NCBI GenBank assembly: GCA_037447605.1
Contig: CM074807.1
Span: forward strand, 4,111,993-4,175,992
Length of the DNA stretch: 64,000 bases
Direction: 5' to 3'
Origin: Zygnema circumcarinatum SAG 698-1b
Taxonomy: Eukaryota; Plantae; Zygnematophyceae
The notes under the pieces were generated by a model, which saw only the letters and a list, made by a program, of their open reading frames with translations, was not told the origin of the DNA and made no database searches. This document shows positions 1 through 11,846 of this stretch, in pieces; positions within the stretch are counted from its first letter, which is position 1, and every line of letters begins with the position of its first letter. The position numbers were made by a program, and so were the translations under genes.

Positions 1-35
1 GCGCTTCTTTAAAGCAACCAAAGTTGCAAAAGAGT

Positions 36-587
36 TTAATTTATCACACCAGCTTTTAATAACAAAATACTTTGTTTAACTAGTTTTGACTGATGTCTTC
101 GCAATTTAGAAAATCTTAATTGATCACACACTGTGTTTCGAAAACAAGTAACTATCTTCCCTTGAAAATTCACACGAGACTGCTCTTGAACAGCTACCAA
201 TGTTTTGAGCTTTTGTTCATATTGTTGAGACAGAACAGCTTGCACTGTTTGCTTACATTTAGGTGCACAACGTGTTACCATATCATGAATACAAGTTTCT
301 CCAATCATTTGTGTACTTGAGTGTAAACTCGTGCTACGTAATTCATGTTGTTTCATTAATTCGGCTAATAACGCTTCTTGTGAACTGAAAAAATGCTGTA
401 ACTCAGAAAACACACTAGCTTGCCTCTCATCAAAAGTGGCTTTGACAGTATCTCCAAGCGCTCTTTGGCTAAAAAGCACAAAAGCCACAAAGCTTAAAGC
501 TACGATAATCTCTTCGTTATAAATGAAGATTTGTTTTGAGCTAAACACACTCAACACTAATATAACCATTATGACCAATTCACGCAT
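36..587 (-). CDS. atp4: Mitochondrial ATP synthase subunit b (atp4/orf25), intact 183-aa ORF
   Basis: [33 protein letters not shown]...[14 protein letters not shown]...[15 protein letters not shown] closely matches bryophyte/charophyte atp4. ATG is at 587 and overlaps the upstream stop (ATGCGTGA). Confidence 0.92.
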   Translation of the reverse strand: MRELVIMVILVLSVFSSKQIFIYNEEIIVALSFVAFVLFSQRALGDTVKATFDERQASVFSELQHFFSSQEALLAELMKQHELRSTSLHSSTQMIGETCIHDMVTRCAPKCKQTVQAVLSQQYEQKLKTLVAVQEQSRVNFQGKIVTCFRNTVCDQLRFSKLRRHQSKLVKQSILLLKAGVIN

Positions 588-790
588 TATGATGTTTCTT
601 TTTTCTTGGCCCACTCTTAACATTAACATTAATCAAAGTAATCTTTTGCGTACGTAAGACATAAATTGAATTCAATTTCGAACTCGACACTCCTGAAGCC
701 AAAGCACTTAAAGTGCTTAGTGCACTCGATTTTACGATTTGGGAGACACTCATTTCTGCTAAAGAACAAGGAAAATCCTTGAATCCTTTA
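580..790 (-). pseudogene. atp8: 3' fragment of mitochondrial atp8 (orfB); 5' half missing
   Basis: KDFPCSLAEMSVSQIVKSSALST...[27 protein letters not shown] resembles the liverwort-type atp8 C-terminus. Its TGA (582-580) overlaps the atp4 start codon. No MPQLD N-terminus is present. Confidence 0.8.
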
Positions 791-994
791 TATCTTTGCG
801 TACCTGGAAAAGAACCTACCTGCAGGCACTGAGCGCAAAGCAACTGAGGTGGAAAAAAGGCCTTCAGAACGGGTTACATAGGGCAGAAAATGAAGGAAAA
901 AGACACAACTTAACCTTACGAATTGCTTGCATAAAGAAACAAAAGCTGCTCCACTCTAAAAAAAAAGGACTAAAAAGGGGCATAGCTTCCTTAC

Positions 995-1165
995 CCATGT
1001 CTGGTCATCCACCTGAAACTCATACAATGTGACATGGCCCGCTGTGGCGAGAATGTCTTCAACGGCGCCATCGATACGTTGCAGAACCGTCAGAGTATGG
1101 CCACGTGTCAACAGCTGGTCCAGCTGGGGCTGCGGCTTCGCGGCTGCCACGTGGCCCAGCTGCAT
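995..1165 (-). CDS. DCP1: mRNA decapping factor DCP1, exon 1 (57 codons); normal downstream exons are not found before the mitochondrial segment
   Basis: gccATG at 1165 reads MQLGHVAAAKPQPQLDQLLTRGHTLTVLQRIDGAVEDILATAGHVTLYEFQVDDQTW, matching plant DCP1 EVH1 start (LTVLQRIDPYIEEILITAAHVTFYEF...W). Donor TGG|GTAAGG is at 994. Confidence 0.85.
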
Positions 1166-1698
1166 GGCGCCCAGGCTGCCTGCCAGGCTGGCAGCAACCG
1201 AAGGAGGGAGAGGGGGGGGTGCGAGGAGAGCAGGAAAGGCGGGTCGAAGAGCTGGGAATGGCGAAGGATATAGAGGAGGGAGGGCGGGAAGGGGAAATAC
1301 GAGAGGAAGTAGCGGGGAGGGGGAATGAGTGGGCAGTGGGGGGAGAATTGGGGAAGGAGGGGAGAGGGGAAGGTGGAGGCGGGGAGGATAGGGAGGCACC
1401 CGCCAGAGAGCGAGAGGAGCGAGGGGCGGGAAAAGCCGGCAGAGAGGAGAAATGCTGAAGCAGAAGGGAAGAAAAAAGGAAAAGGGCGGGAGGCCAGAGG
1501 TATATGGTCGCCGTTTTACGAGAACCCGTCAAACTGCCTCATGTGGCGGTTCTATGCCCCAACAACAGTCGGCGACTGCACTGGAGCTTAAACTGGACTG
1601 TGACTACACAAACACTAAAACAAAGGGAGAAATTGGGACTAGAATTGGAACTGGACTTCACTGGAACTGGAACTTTTTTCACATAAAGAGGCATTTGC

Positions 1699-1706
1699 AA
1701 ACCCTA
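1699..1706 (+). promoter_or_regulatory. Telo-box (AAACCCTA) in the divergent promoter between DCP1 and the membrane-protein gene
   Basis: Exact AAACCCTA between two head-to-head start codons (1165 on -, 1833 on +). Confidence 0.4.
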
Positions 1707-1832
1707 ATTTGAAGCTCTAGATATAGAGAGGGCGTTGGACGAAGCAGCTGCAGAACTCGTCCTCCATCGCTTTAGCCATGGCTTCTCAGCCGCGTGGAAG
1801 CCCTGCCTCTCTGCCGCACATTCCTTAAGACT

Positions 1833-2654
1833 ATGGCTTCTCCAAACTCCTCTCCTCACTCTCAATCCGCCATGCTTTGTCGGCCACGCCGCACCCCTTC
1901 ACTGCTGATCCTGCACCGCCCTCTCCCCTCTCTCTTCGTCTCCTCCGCCTTTTTCCTCCTCTTCTTCCTCCTCCTTCTAACAAACCATGGCACGTGTCTG
2001 GATCTCTCCGCCCCTCCCCCTCCCCGTGTGCTTTTCAAGGAAGGCGACGAGCTCGACATTGAGTGTCGGCAAATGCTGCCCTCTTCTGCTGACACGTGGA
2101 CCACCTCGCATTTCTGCCACCTTACCCTCCATGCAGGCGTCAGTTCATTCAAAAACTGCGTTATCCGCATTTCCAATGAGTCTGTTTTCTCCTCTTTAAA
2201 GTCAATAATTGAACAAAAGGAGGCTTTACAATGCCGTGTTCCCACGAGCCAAGACCGCCGCCGCTTCCTCCCCTTTAGCATCCCCCTGTGGGGCTCTGCT
2301 CACACAGATTTTCTACGAATTAATGATCGAATTTCTTTTATTTTTCACTTCAGCAATGGTGTTATTCTCGGAGGTGGAGCGTATGCAGTCAGTGGGAGAT
2401 CCCTTCCTGCCAAAGTAGGGAACCAAGTAGCGATCCGTACACAAGTAACGTGGGTGCGGCACGAGTCACTGCAGAGTGCGGGAGCGCTTGCAGGGCTTGA
2501 AGGTCCAAATGTTGCACTTCGGTGGGTGGAAGACTGCCTCCTCGCGCTAGCAAGCGCCGCATTTTCGTGTCTGCTTACATTGATTTGCGCCGCATCGCTT
2601 TACTTGGGAAAGTTGAAGCCTGCGATTATTAGGAGGTGTTCGAAGAAGGATTAG
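1833..2654 (+). CDS. Intronless predicted type-I membrane protein (N-terminal hydrophobic signal/anchor, Cys-containing beta-rich domain, C-terminal TM helix, basic tail ending KKD)
   Basis: Uninterrupted 273-aa ORF from ATG 1833. Hydrophobic AFFLLFFLLLL segment, a C...C...LQCRVP...FLPFSIPLWG core, and TM LLALASAAFSCLLTLICAASLYL followed by KLKPAIIRRCSKKD. Confidence 0.75.
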   Translation: MASPNSSPHSQSAMLCRPRRTPSLLILHRPLPSLFVSSAFFLLFFLLLLTNHGTCLDLSAPPPPRVLFKEGDELDIECRQMLPSSADTWTTSHFCHLTLHAGVSSFKNCVIRISNESVFSSLKSIIEQKEALQCRVPTSQDRRRFLPFSIPLWGSAHTDFLRINDRISFIFHFSNGVILGGGAYAVSGRSLPAKVGNQVAIRTQVTWVRHESLQSAGALAGLEGPNVALRWVEDCLLALASAAFSCLLTLICAASLYLGKLKPAIIRRCSKKD

Positions 2655-3960
2655 AATTTGTCAAATTTGATTCTTTTTTTCGCTTTTTTGTTTCTCTGTA
2701 GATTAACTGTTGCAGTTTGGCAGGAAGTAGTTAGGCCTTTTTTCGCGTTTGCTTTCTTTTGGAAGCAATTGCTTCAGTTTGGCACGAAGTAGTTAGGCTT
2801 TCCTGGCATTGGGAAGAAAATGTAAGGTTATTGCAGTGGTAAGATCAAGAAGGATAGTGAAGAGAATCAGGGCTTGAGCTGGTTTACTATATAGAGCGAG
2901 GCTTTCCTTGCGATGGAGGAGCAGAAGGGAGACCTTTCTTGAGAATCGTGAAGTTCTCTCTGCAGCTCTCTCTCTCTCTCTATCGTTTCCCTACTTCTTC
3001 CCTTCCTTTTTCCATTCTCGTCGTTTTCTTCATTCTCGTCGTTTTCTTCTTTCATTTGTTTGCTTTTAAGAAGGACACTGTTTGATCTGTATTTTTTCGA
3101 GGAAACCACTTTCCAGATTTTGAGTGTGTGTGTGTTGCTCTCTCCATGCCAAGACAGAAGCATGGAAGGAGCACAGCCTAATCCATGGGAGTTTTTTCTC
3201 GAATGGAATGCTTATCTTTTGGCGAAAATCTCTGAGGGGTTTCTGGTGATGAGCACGACTTTTTTTTCGCTGTTGGATTGTCTTGAAAACCCTTAATACC
3301 CTTTTAGTCATGCTGTCTGCCTGCACAAATGCGGATCAAAAGGGTTCCGCTAGTGGCACTCGAAATTTGATGGTGTGCATGTGCTCCTTATTAGGATTGA
3401 ATCGCGGTTGAATGGTTGCTTCGCAATGGTTCATTCGAATGGTTAACAGCGGTTGAATCCAATGGTTGCAACCATTGGCAATGGTTGGCTGGGTAATGGT
3501 TGATCCAATGGTCCGACCTGTGCAGATGTTGCCGATCATTTCATGACATGCGAGTGTCAACGAGCGCCATAGTCATTCCATAAGAGTGCAATGTTGTTCC
3601 ACATTGTGTCATTACAGTGCCATACGAATACCAAACAGTACGATGTTGTCCAACATTTGCAAACTTTGTCCTAATCCCATTCACCCGTTCCCCTCTTGAA
3701 AATTGCCAGTTTTCCTTGTGTTGCGCTTTGGTTGTTCAACTGCAGTCGCAGTTCTACGCCAAAGAGGGAAGGTCAATTCTGCAATTCCAGCTCGTGTTCA
3801 GCAAATGATACATACACCAACACTCACCCTTCGACTCCGTAATGAGAGCGGAGCAAGATAGAGTCAGTTGGAAAAAATAGATAAGAATATGTATGTGTCT
3901 TCACCACTCCCTGGCTTTGAGCGAATACTGAAATATCTTCTGGCCTTCCCTCAATATCAG

Positions 3961-6833
3961 TCAAGAGACGGTCCATATATGCTCAAAGGACGTTTCTGTA
4001 TAGCGGGAACGGTAGGATGGCTTGCAACTGGACGCCCTGAGGAAGCCTCCGATAGCCATGGCCTCAAAGTCAGTTAAGATTGATGCCCTTCTGCTGACCA
4101 GACTCCGAACTCCCCACAGTGTCGCAGGCCCTTCCACCCGCACCTGCCACCAGGCCACAATAACAATAGCGTGATTAGACCCACTACATGAAAATATGCA
4201 TGTCAACACCTTTTCTTCGTCTTCATTGTAGATGACCGACTAGGGGTTCACACCATTACTACAGCTACAGCATTATTGGTTGCAAGCCTACGTAAAGCAT
4301 AAGACTTAAAGAGGACGCACCTTGAATCGTCCCCCCCCTGTTGGTGCCTTCTCTATGTCTTCCAAGTAAACAGATAAAGCGTATCCTTTTGAGGAAAAAA
4401 TCTTTAAAATTGTCTGTACTCCATCAAGCACCTGATAGACACGAAAACCACAGAAACAATTGAATGAAACGGCACAAGAAGTAAACCTTCATGCGGAGCC
4501 ATCTGCTCTGTCATAACGGCACACCTGCTTGCTGCAGAGCATTGACAATAAGTTGATTAGGGCCTAGTGCGGTAAAGTTTATCATCAAATGCTTTTCCTA
4601 CAGTTTGACTTCTGAACTAGCTGTGAATCGAAGAATTCACAAAAGCTCCTAAACCTGCTGAGATATGCGAGCTTACACAATTGAAAGGGGCCGCGGCCGG
4701 ACAAGGCGGGGGCCCTCCGAAATTTTCCTCTTCAAACCCCTCCAGAAGGCTACGATAAATTTTGTCGCCTACCCGCTCCTTAAAGGCTGCTGGAAGTGCT
4801 GCATTATCCTTCAACCGTTCATCTCTTTTAATGGTCTGGAGTTCACCATAAGCTCCTTGTCTTTCCTGTCGAATGCGCGGATAAACCAAGAAAGTTAACA
4901 TGGATTGGGCATGAATCTGGCATTCTAACTTGAAGCCAAGAGCAAAGATCGTCGCAATTGGCAAGATCAGATTGATCAATGAGTGTTATACAAAATACTT
5001 TGTGAGCTGAATACTAGTTCCTCTATCATACTCATTGCAATCAAAGAAAGTTCAGAAGTCGGGCCCTGGGCTGATACACAAATCAGGAGCGACCAGTCTA
5101 CAGATAGTTGGGAAACACACCTGAAAAACATTTTCTCCTGTCCGTATCGCATTGGAAATGGTAGCGTATTGCGCAAAACTGATAAAATCAAAATAGAGCT
5201 GTGCAGGCAACCCCCATTACCAACCCCTCCTTTTCCCCAATCCAAGACAGAACGTTCAGAAACCCACCTCCAACTGTGGGTGGTAAGGACAGGGAGTAGC
5301 TGCCTTGGCTTTGCGAAGTAGCCAGAAACGAACACCCTTAGCAAACAATCAGATCTCTTACATTATGGACAGAACAACTAAAAGGACAATTGGTTCATCA
5401 GCAAAGCAAATGTTGGAATAAAAAGTAGAGTGTTACCGGATCTGTGATTTCACCAGCTTTGATCTTGAGGGGGGAGTATTGCAGGGTGTATGGCTCCACT
5501 TCACTTTGACGCAGCTTCCAAAACTGTAATTTTCCCCATGCCCACAAAAGTCCAGTATAAACCATTCCTTTTTTTGAATGAGTGGGACGTTTGGGAGCCT
5601 GAAGATGAAAGGCAGAAAACTTTTTCCTAAAAAAGGTTGAGTACCATAAGAAATGATACACTGGTCTGCCCGGTAATTAGGAGCAAACCCCTAGTGCTTG
5701 AATAGGACCATACACGCAAACAACTGTCGGAGTCCTTCCTATCATGCTGTGCATATTGCATTGACTCCTGCCAACCCAATCAGAAGTCCAAAAGCAGCAG
5801 TACGCAGCAGACGCACTTTTCTGCAACAATCCCTCGCTTCTATCCGCAAGAGCTCCATATCCTACAGATGTGGAGCCTGTTGTTATGGTGCCCAATTCAC
5901 AATTAATTTCCCGAGCTTTGGCTTCGGACAGTGCCGTTGCCATATACGTGGAGTAAAATGCAACTTTAAGGACAATATTTTAACTGTTATTCGCAACAGG
6001 CAATAAAATGACAATAAACAACACTGTGACAGTTTCATTGTCATTTGAGAGAATAAAAAACAGTGATCTTCTGAAATTTAGCCTTTCTAAGCAAGTGACG
6101 GATTTGACTTCTGCGAACGCCTAGATTGTGCCTCTATGCCGTGATGCAGCATAGATGATTATGAAACATTGAGGGGAAGGCCTCTCCGGCGATACATTTC
6201 GTTTCCCGGGAATGTTGTAAGAAATGGACCATTAACGCACTGTTTTGCTTTGATAAGTACTTCAGGGGCCGAATTTCACACCTTCGCTTGAAACTTATCC
6301 ATAGCAATGAAGTCCAAGTCATCGCAGGCTTCGTATGAAGAGCGCATCAAAAGCACTGCGAAACGACGGTCTAGTGGTTTTCTTGGAAACTGCACTGGCT
6401 CTGGAGGAAAGAGTGGCAAAAACAACCTTCCCCCTGCCATTCCATTTTCATACGCATATTCTGCATCTTCACCCGCCGCACCAAAGAGAGCTTTGGCTGC
6501 CGTTTTCCATGCTGGTCGCTTGAAACAGGTCAAGCCTAGCCTCCTTGGATTCAAGGAAAGAGAGCATTTTTCACTTGCTGGCTCATTATGCGACAGTGAA
6601 TGCATCTTCATCATGGTAGTGGCAATGAGACGATGTCGCAGGCTGCATTCAGAGCGTTTTAATGCATGTGTGGGAAATCCATGAGCTGTGACAAGCAAGG
6701 TAAACCGCTCGTCTCTTGAATAAAAGGTCCTTCTAGCGGCATCAACAGAGCCACACCGCTCCTTCTGTAAGCAGATCGTCCCTGCCGCTGCATTTAGGCA
6801 TTCTGGTGAACGAGATGCCAAACAGGCAGCCAT
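3961..6833 (-). CDS. Uncharacterised, probably plastid-targeted protein (~399 aa, 6 exons)
   Basis: Exons 6833-6282, 5523-5437, 5198-5121, 4865-4677, 4431-4321 and 4143-3961 all have GT-AG borders and join in frame. They read ...RRFAVLLMRSSYEACDDLDFIAMDKFQAK|FWKLRQSE...GEITDP|LYFDFISFAQY...|VRVEGPATLWG. The N-terminus is Ala/Ser/Arg-rich, like a transit peptide. Confidence 0.8.
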
Positions 6834-7483
6834 AAGTTCGGGCTACAGTATGTACAAAACAATAAACCATAAAATATTCAATATTTCACTGCAAACTGCT
6901 CTCCCCTGCAACACATCTCTCAATACGGGATGCTCCTAAATAAAAGGTATCCATGCCCAGGGAGCAAGCAGCCCAAGAATACTTCCTCCTCCAGACCACA
7001 CCACCTCACAGGAAGCTACTTGGGCAGTACCCGGAACATTCGGGACGCTGGAACGCTATTTGGGACGCTCAAAGGGCTCAGTAACTCTGCTGGGGACGCT
7101 CTAGTACGCGTTTGAAACGCTATCTTGAGCCAGGGACTTGCATCCAACAAGAAGTCCATTGGAGTTGAAAACTGTCTAAATTGAACCACTCAGAGCCTGC
7201 CACGTCATAAATTTTCATACGTGTCAATCCGTGATTGGCTCCCCCTCCCTCTCCTCCCTTTTTGTACCTTGATTGGAGCGCCAGCCTGCGGAGATCTCAA
7301 ATGGCTTGAGCTGAAGCGTTGCAGAAAGGAGCTTCTTTGATGGGAGAGATACAGCTCAGATAGATCACTACTCTTTGCTTTTTTGGTATTCTTGTTGAGG
7401 AATGAACACTTTTTTTTCTGGACTCTGAAGCATTTTCTTCGCGATTCTTTCGATTTTCAACTCAGACTTTTGTCTGCAAGAAA

Positions 7484-10400
7484 ATGGCTCTTCCCTTTCA
7501 TAGAGAAGCTGTGGCGCCCGTGGTGCCGGCACAGGTTGGAGTTTGTGGAAACTCTTTCTTATGTTGTTGTTGTTTCCTGCCAGTCGGCTCTGATTATTTC
7601 TTGCAGCAAGAGTCATTTTTGGCCCTTTCCCTCATCCGCGCTGCCTATTCTTTGCAAAAAATAAAAATAATAATAAGAATTGTCAATACAAAAAAAAAAT
7701 CTTCATTCCCCGTGCTTGATCTGTAGCAACTATAGTGACGATCTAATTGTTCGAGTTCAAGAATCTTGCAGCCGGCAGCTTTGGTGGAGTTTCGAGCGGG
7801 GCGAATGATATTTGATGGACGAAAAGTCGAACCTGATACCCGCAGGGGTTTAGTGAGAATCATTCGGGTCAGAAATTTAGTGCCTTTCCCCTCATAAAAA
7901 TCCTAAAGTTGCGCTGGTAGAAACCCGAAGGAGAAGTCGAACATTTTTTTTTTCGCGTAAATTTATCAGAATCTGGAGTTGATGACCTGCAACTGGTCAG
8001 GCATTTTTGCAAAAGCGTGACTTGAACATTAACCTTGAGCTGGACGCTCTCGTTGTTTTGCTTCGCAGGGAATGGAAAGGTTCAATGAATTGTAGGCGTT
8101 CAAGTCCAAGAGGGCTAAAGCTGAGAGGATGTTCATAAAGTAATGGGAATTTTTATTATGTCTTTTGGCTTGACCGCAGACAGATGATGGCCTGTTGCAC
8201 TTTCAATGGTCGGATCGCATCACAGGAGCCGTCGAGGAGGACCAAATTGTATTTCCAGAGGAGGCTGTTTTTGAAAAGGTGCGTAGTTCATTTATGCACT
8301 TGTTAGGTTTGGGCATTAAGGCCTTTCTCTGAAGACTATATACGGGAACCAGATCAGATAGAGCGACACTTCTATCAACTACTTCCTGTTTTCCTGCAAA
8401 AACTGAAGGGTCTTTTGTTTTCTGCAGGTCTCCCAATCCAGTGGCCGTGTATACTTGCTCAAGTTCAAACACGATGATCGAAAGCTTTTTTTCTGGATGC
8501 AGGTAAGTTGGTTTAGGCGTTGAATACCCGCCTTGGAAAGTCTGGGAGCTATCTTTAATTTATCATTGAAGTTTCTGTAATGCTTCCTTTATGTCCGGAC
8601 CAGAGTTGGAAACGGGCCTTGTCTGACAGGGTAACACTGCAAGCTACACTTTGGCAGGAATCTCAGCAAGGGCAAGACTCCAGTCTTTGTGAGGCAGTGA
8701 ATCGGGAGCTGAACAATGTGGAATGTAAGTTTGAACTGAACCTCTATCCAGCAATTGTGGATTCGTATCAATATATATTAATTTGTTTTGTGGATCTGTC
8801 ACGTTTACTTTTGGTTTTGTGTTCCGCATACATGACTAACTCATCGAAGATTCATCTCTTCGATTTCCGAAGATTTCTGATTTTTGAAGTTACAAGTATG
8901 GGACTTATCTTCCATTGCAGGGATCGATGGAAATGTCGATGCAGATGACCAAGATTATGATGAGGAGATGCTGGAACCAATGCTCAGGTACCAAGAAACC
9001 TACCTTGGGCATCAATTCAGCATTTGAATAGCGTCCAATCATTTTAACTAGCATGTATTTCTTCATTCACACTGTGAATGGATAGCAAGAGAACGTGATC
9101 AGAACATCATCAGAGAGTGTCTGATCCAGCTTGTACTCGGTTGATATTCTGGGGCGTGATGCTATTTCCGAATTGGCTCATGCCTTTGTATTCGAGTGAT
9201 GAAGGGTGCATTTTGGCGGTCGACTCTTCTGACTCGCATGCTGTTATTTTACTTCTGCGTGATTGCGAAGACAGAGATGAAGAAGCTGTGAGTCTGTCTG
9301 AGACCACAAATCCTCCCGATTCAAACACTGAAGCAGCTGCCGATGCTACAAACTCAGGAGCAGCACCTCAAACGATGCCTGTCCGAGAAGATGCGCAAGC
9401 AACAGGCAGCTTTTGGCCCCCAGCTGCTGGAAGGGGCCAAGTGCAGCTTTCTGACTTGCAAAACATTCTCTCAGGCCTCGGACAGCTTGCAGTTCCTGCT
9501 GGTATGACAATAGTAGTTATCTGGATTAGTCATTTCTTGCTAGAGCTTCCCAGCTTCGTTACTTGTTACCTTTCTGGTCTTCCTTGTATTGTATGCTACC
9601 TCTGGTGATAAAAAATTATCTGTCTATTTCTCCTGGCAAGGCCTGAAATTATGAACTGCTGCTTGGAATTGAGCAGGGTAGCAGTCTGCTCAAAGAACGT
9701 CCACATTGGGCTTGAAACTGAATAATGTGAGGTTGTGGGGACGTTATGGTTGCGGATGCTCTTGTTAGAACTATTTTTTCTCATCAAAGGATTTGCACCG
9801 ATTACGATGGGATTTGACCATTTCCTCCAGCGTCCTGCAGGTTACACAACAGCAGCTGACATAGGCCCGAGTCTAACCGAGGTCCTGAAGCCTGAGTTTG
9901 TTCTTCCGCTGTTGCAAAATGTTGGCGTTCAAGAGCGATTGGCCCCTTACTTGCCAGAGGTAGGAGGGAAGATGGACTGCTGTGTCTTCATTCCTTTTGA
10001 TCAAGTATACAAACTCCTCATCAGTCTGTCAATTGACTGGGATGCTTGGGATATTTGGATCAGAAATGGTTTGGAAGCTTGTTGTTTAAGTGCTGCGAGC
10101 TCCACTTCCACAGGGTTGCCTTAGAAAGGAAGGTAACAAAGATTTGATTAGGAATGGACGTTGTATATATTATGCAGGGTTTGAGAACGTCTGAGGCTAT
10201 GCGCGATTTGATTCAAAGCCCTCAGTTCCATCAACAACTTGAAGTCTTTTCACATGTACGTCTTCACCTTTCTTTTCGAAGTCTAGAGTTTTATTTTTCT
10301 TAATGGATTTGCCGATATTGAAGTTGAGATGCGTTTTGCACAGAGTTATTGTGGGCGAACTTTTAGCTCTACCCTCAGCTACAGGTCGCAGGCATGGCTG

Positions 10401-11135
10401 TTGCTGGAGTTACGTGTAACTGCTAGATAAAGCCGTGCAGCAAAAACCAGTGAGATTTGAGCAATCTAGCATAGTATGGGAGGCTTTTCTGTCTAGCTGA
10501 TGTTTCAAAAAGGATACAAGAGCATTGAGCGCAGTGCCATCATGTGTGGTGGAGTTATATCACCTGAATCCTTGAGCCACATGAGTCAGGCATTGATGTA
10601 ACTTGCAGCTTTTAGATCGACGGCTTAATCAGTTATTGGCTGTACCCAGTGTTTGAATTGCAGCGCGTTTATATTCCACTCTCTTTTGGTGTGCAGCTTC
10701 TTCAAAGCGGACAGGTTGATTGGAGTCAGTTTGGAATCGATTCCTCCAACTGTGAGTTGCACACCGTGTCCTTTTCCGTCAACAGTTGGGGATTTTCTTC
10801 TTTGAATTTGCCTTTCAAATTCTTAGCCTCACTTTGAGTTTTGGATTATTTTGCTGCCAGATGGACTTGGGGTCACGGCCTTCCTGTCGGCCGTAGAGGA
10901 CCTTGTCCAGGCGAGTTCGACTGCCGAGGAATCTGCAGCTGCAGAGGCTTCTGCCAAAACTTCAGGGCCTGCCACCAATCCAGATGCAGGGAACGCTGAA
11001 GAATCGTCGGCTCCAGGGAGCAAGGCAGGGCAGCCGGGACAAAGGAGAGAGCCTGACGGAGATGATGGAAAGGGGTTGAATAGCAGTGAGAAAAAGAGTG
11101 AAGGGAACAGTCATGCCATGGACGAAGGGCACTGA
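7484..11135 (+). CDS. RPN13: 26S proteasome ubiquitin receptor RPN13/ADRM1 (multi-exon)
   Basis: Pru-domain exons [29 protein letters not shown] (7771-7866), [12 protein letters not shown]...[13 protein letters not shown] and [22 protein letters not shown]. Also [11 protein letters not shown] and the DEUBAD part ([22 protein letters not shown]). Stop at 11135. Confidence 0.93.
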
Positions 11136-11780
11136 CAGATGCAAAGGGAGCTATGGCTTTCACGCTTTTGGAAGTAAGGGATGTATTGTTTATGGAAGGA
11201 GGTCGTGGGGATGAATGGCTTTCCTTGGCAAGCGTATGGATGTTCCTTTTGTTTGGTGGCGGCTTTTACTCATGCATGTGTCACGTACATACAGGGAATG
11301 CATGTGCCGTGCATGATGCACTGTTGCGCTATGCTTTGATGTTGGGACTTTTGAATCCTAAAAGGGCACCGAGAAAGAGACATGAAAGTGTACTCTTGTG
11401 GGACCAATTGTGGCCATCAAACTCGTATCGTTTTCTATCAACGACGCAGATTCTATGCTTTCGCGATGGTTCCAATCTTACTTGTGATTTGCGAAATGCA
11501 GGTCCATTCCAAGTTACCAATTAAGAGTAAAACACATCGAATAGATGAAGGAGGTCAGACAAGCATTCTGCCTTTGGAGCAAAACCTGCATAGAAACGTT
11601 CGCCGACCAGAGACCGATCGCCGCAAGGCGAGCACCCGCCGGCGGCGAACGCTACAGACAAAAAGCGCCGTCGTCGGGCCACGCGGCGGTCGGTGATAGG
11701 CCGATCCCCGCGAGTTATAGGGAAGGGTTGACCTCCCGGAGGCGAGTTGAACTCGACGACTTCGACACGGTTGACCGAAC

Positions 11781-11846
11781 GCCATGTAGGAGCCACGTCG
11801 ACGCCATGATGGCGCCACGTGGATTCCACGTGGGGGGCACGTAGAG
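11781..11846 (+). promoter_or_regulatory. Six 11-bp phased units containing G-box/ACGT cores, upstream of UFC1
   Basis: Units gccatgtagga/gccacgtcgac/gccatgatggc/gccacgtggat/tccacgtgggg/ggcacgtagag. ACGT cores start at 11795, 11817, 11828 and 11839. Confidence 0.55.

Larger units (their letters stand above)
1..790 (-). other. Mitochondrial-derived segment (NUMT or mis-joined mitochondrial sequence) carrying 3' atp8 and atp4; runs off the window start
   Basis: AT-rich and intronless, with two overlapping mitochondrial ATP synthase genes. It joins nuclear-type, spliced, GC-richer sequence near position 790. The right boundary is approximate. Confidence 0.85.

Noticed and set aside
5677-6006. 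Overlapping ORFs inside intron 1 of the plastid-type gene
   Set aside because: The flanking exons join in frame without them, and no recognisable motif is present.
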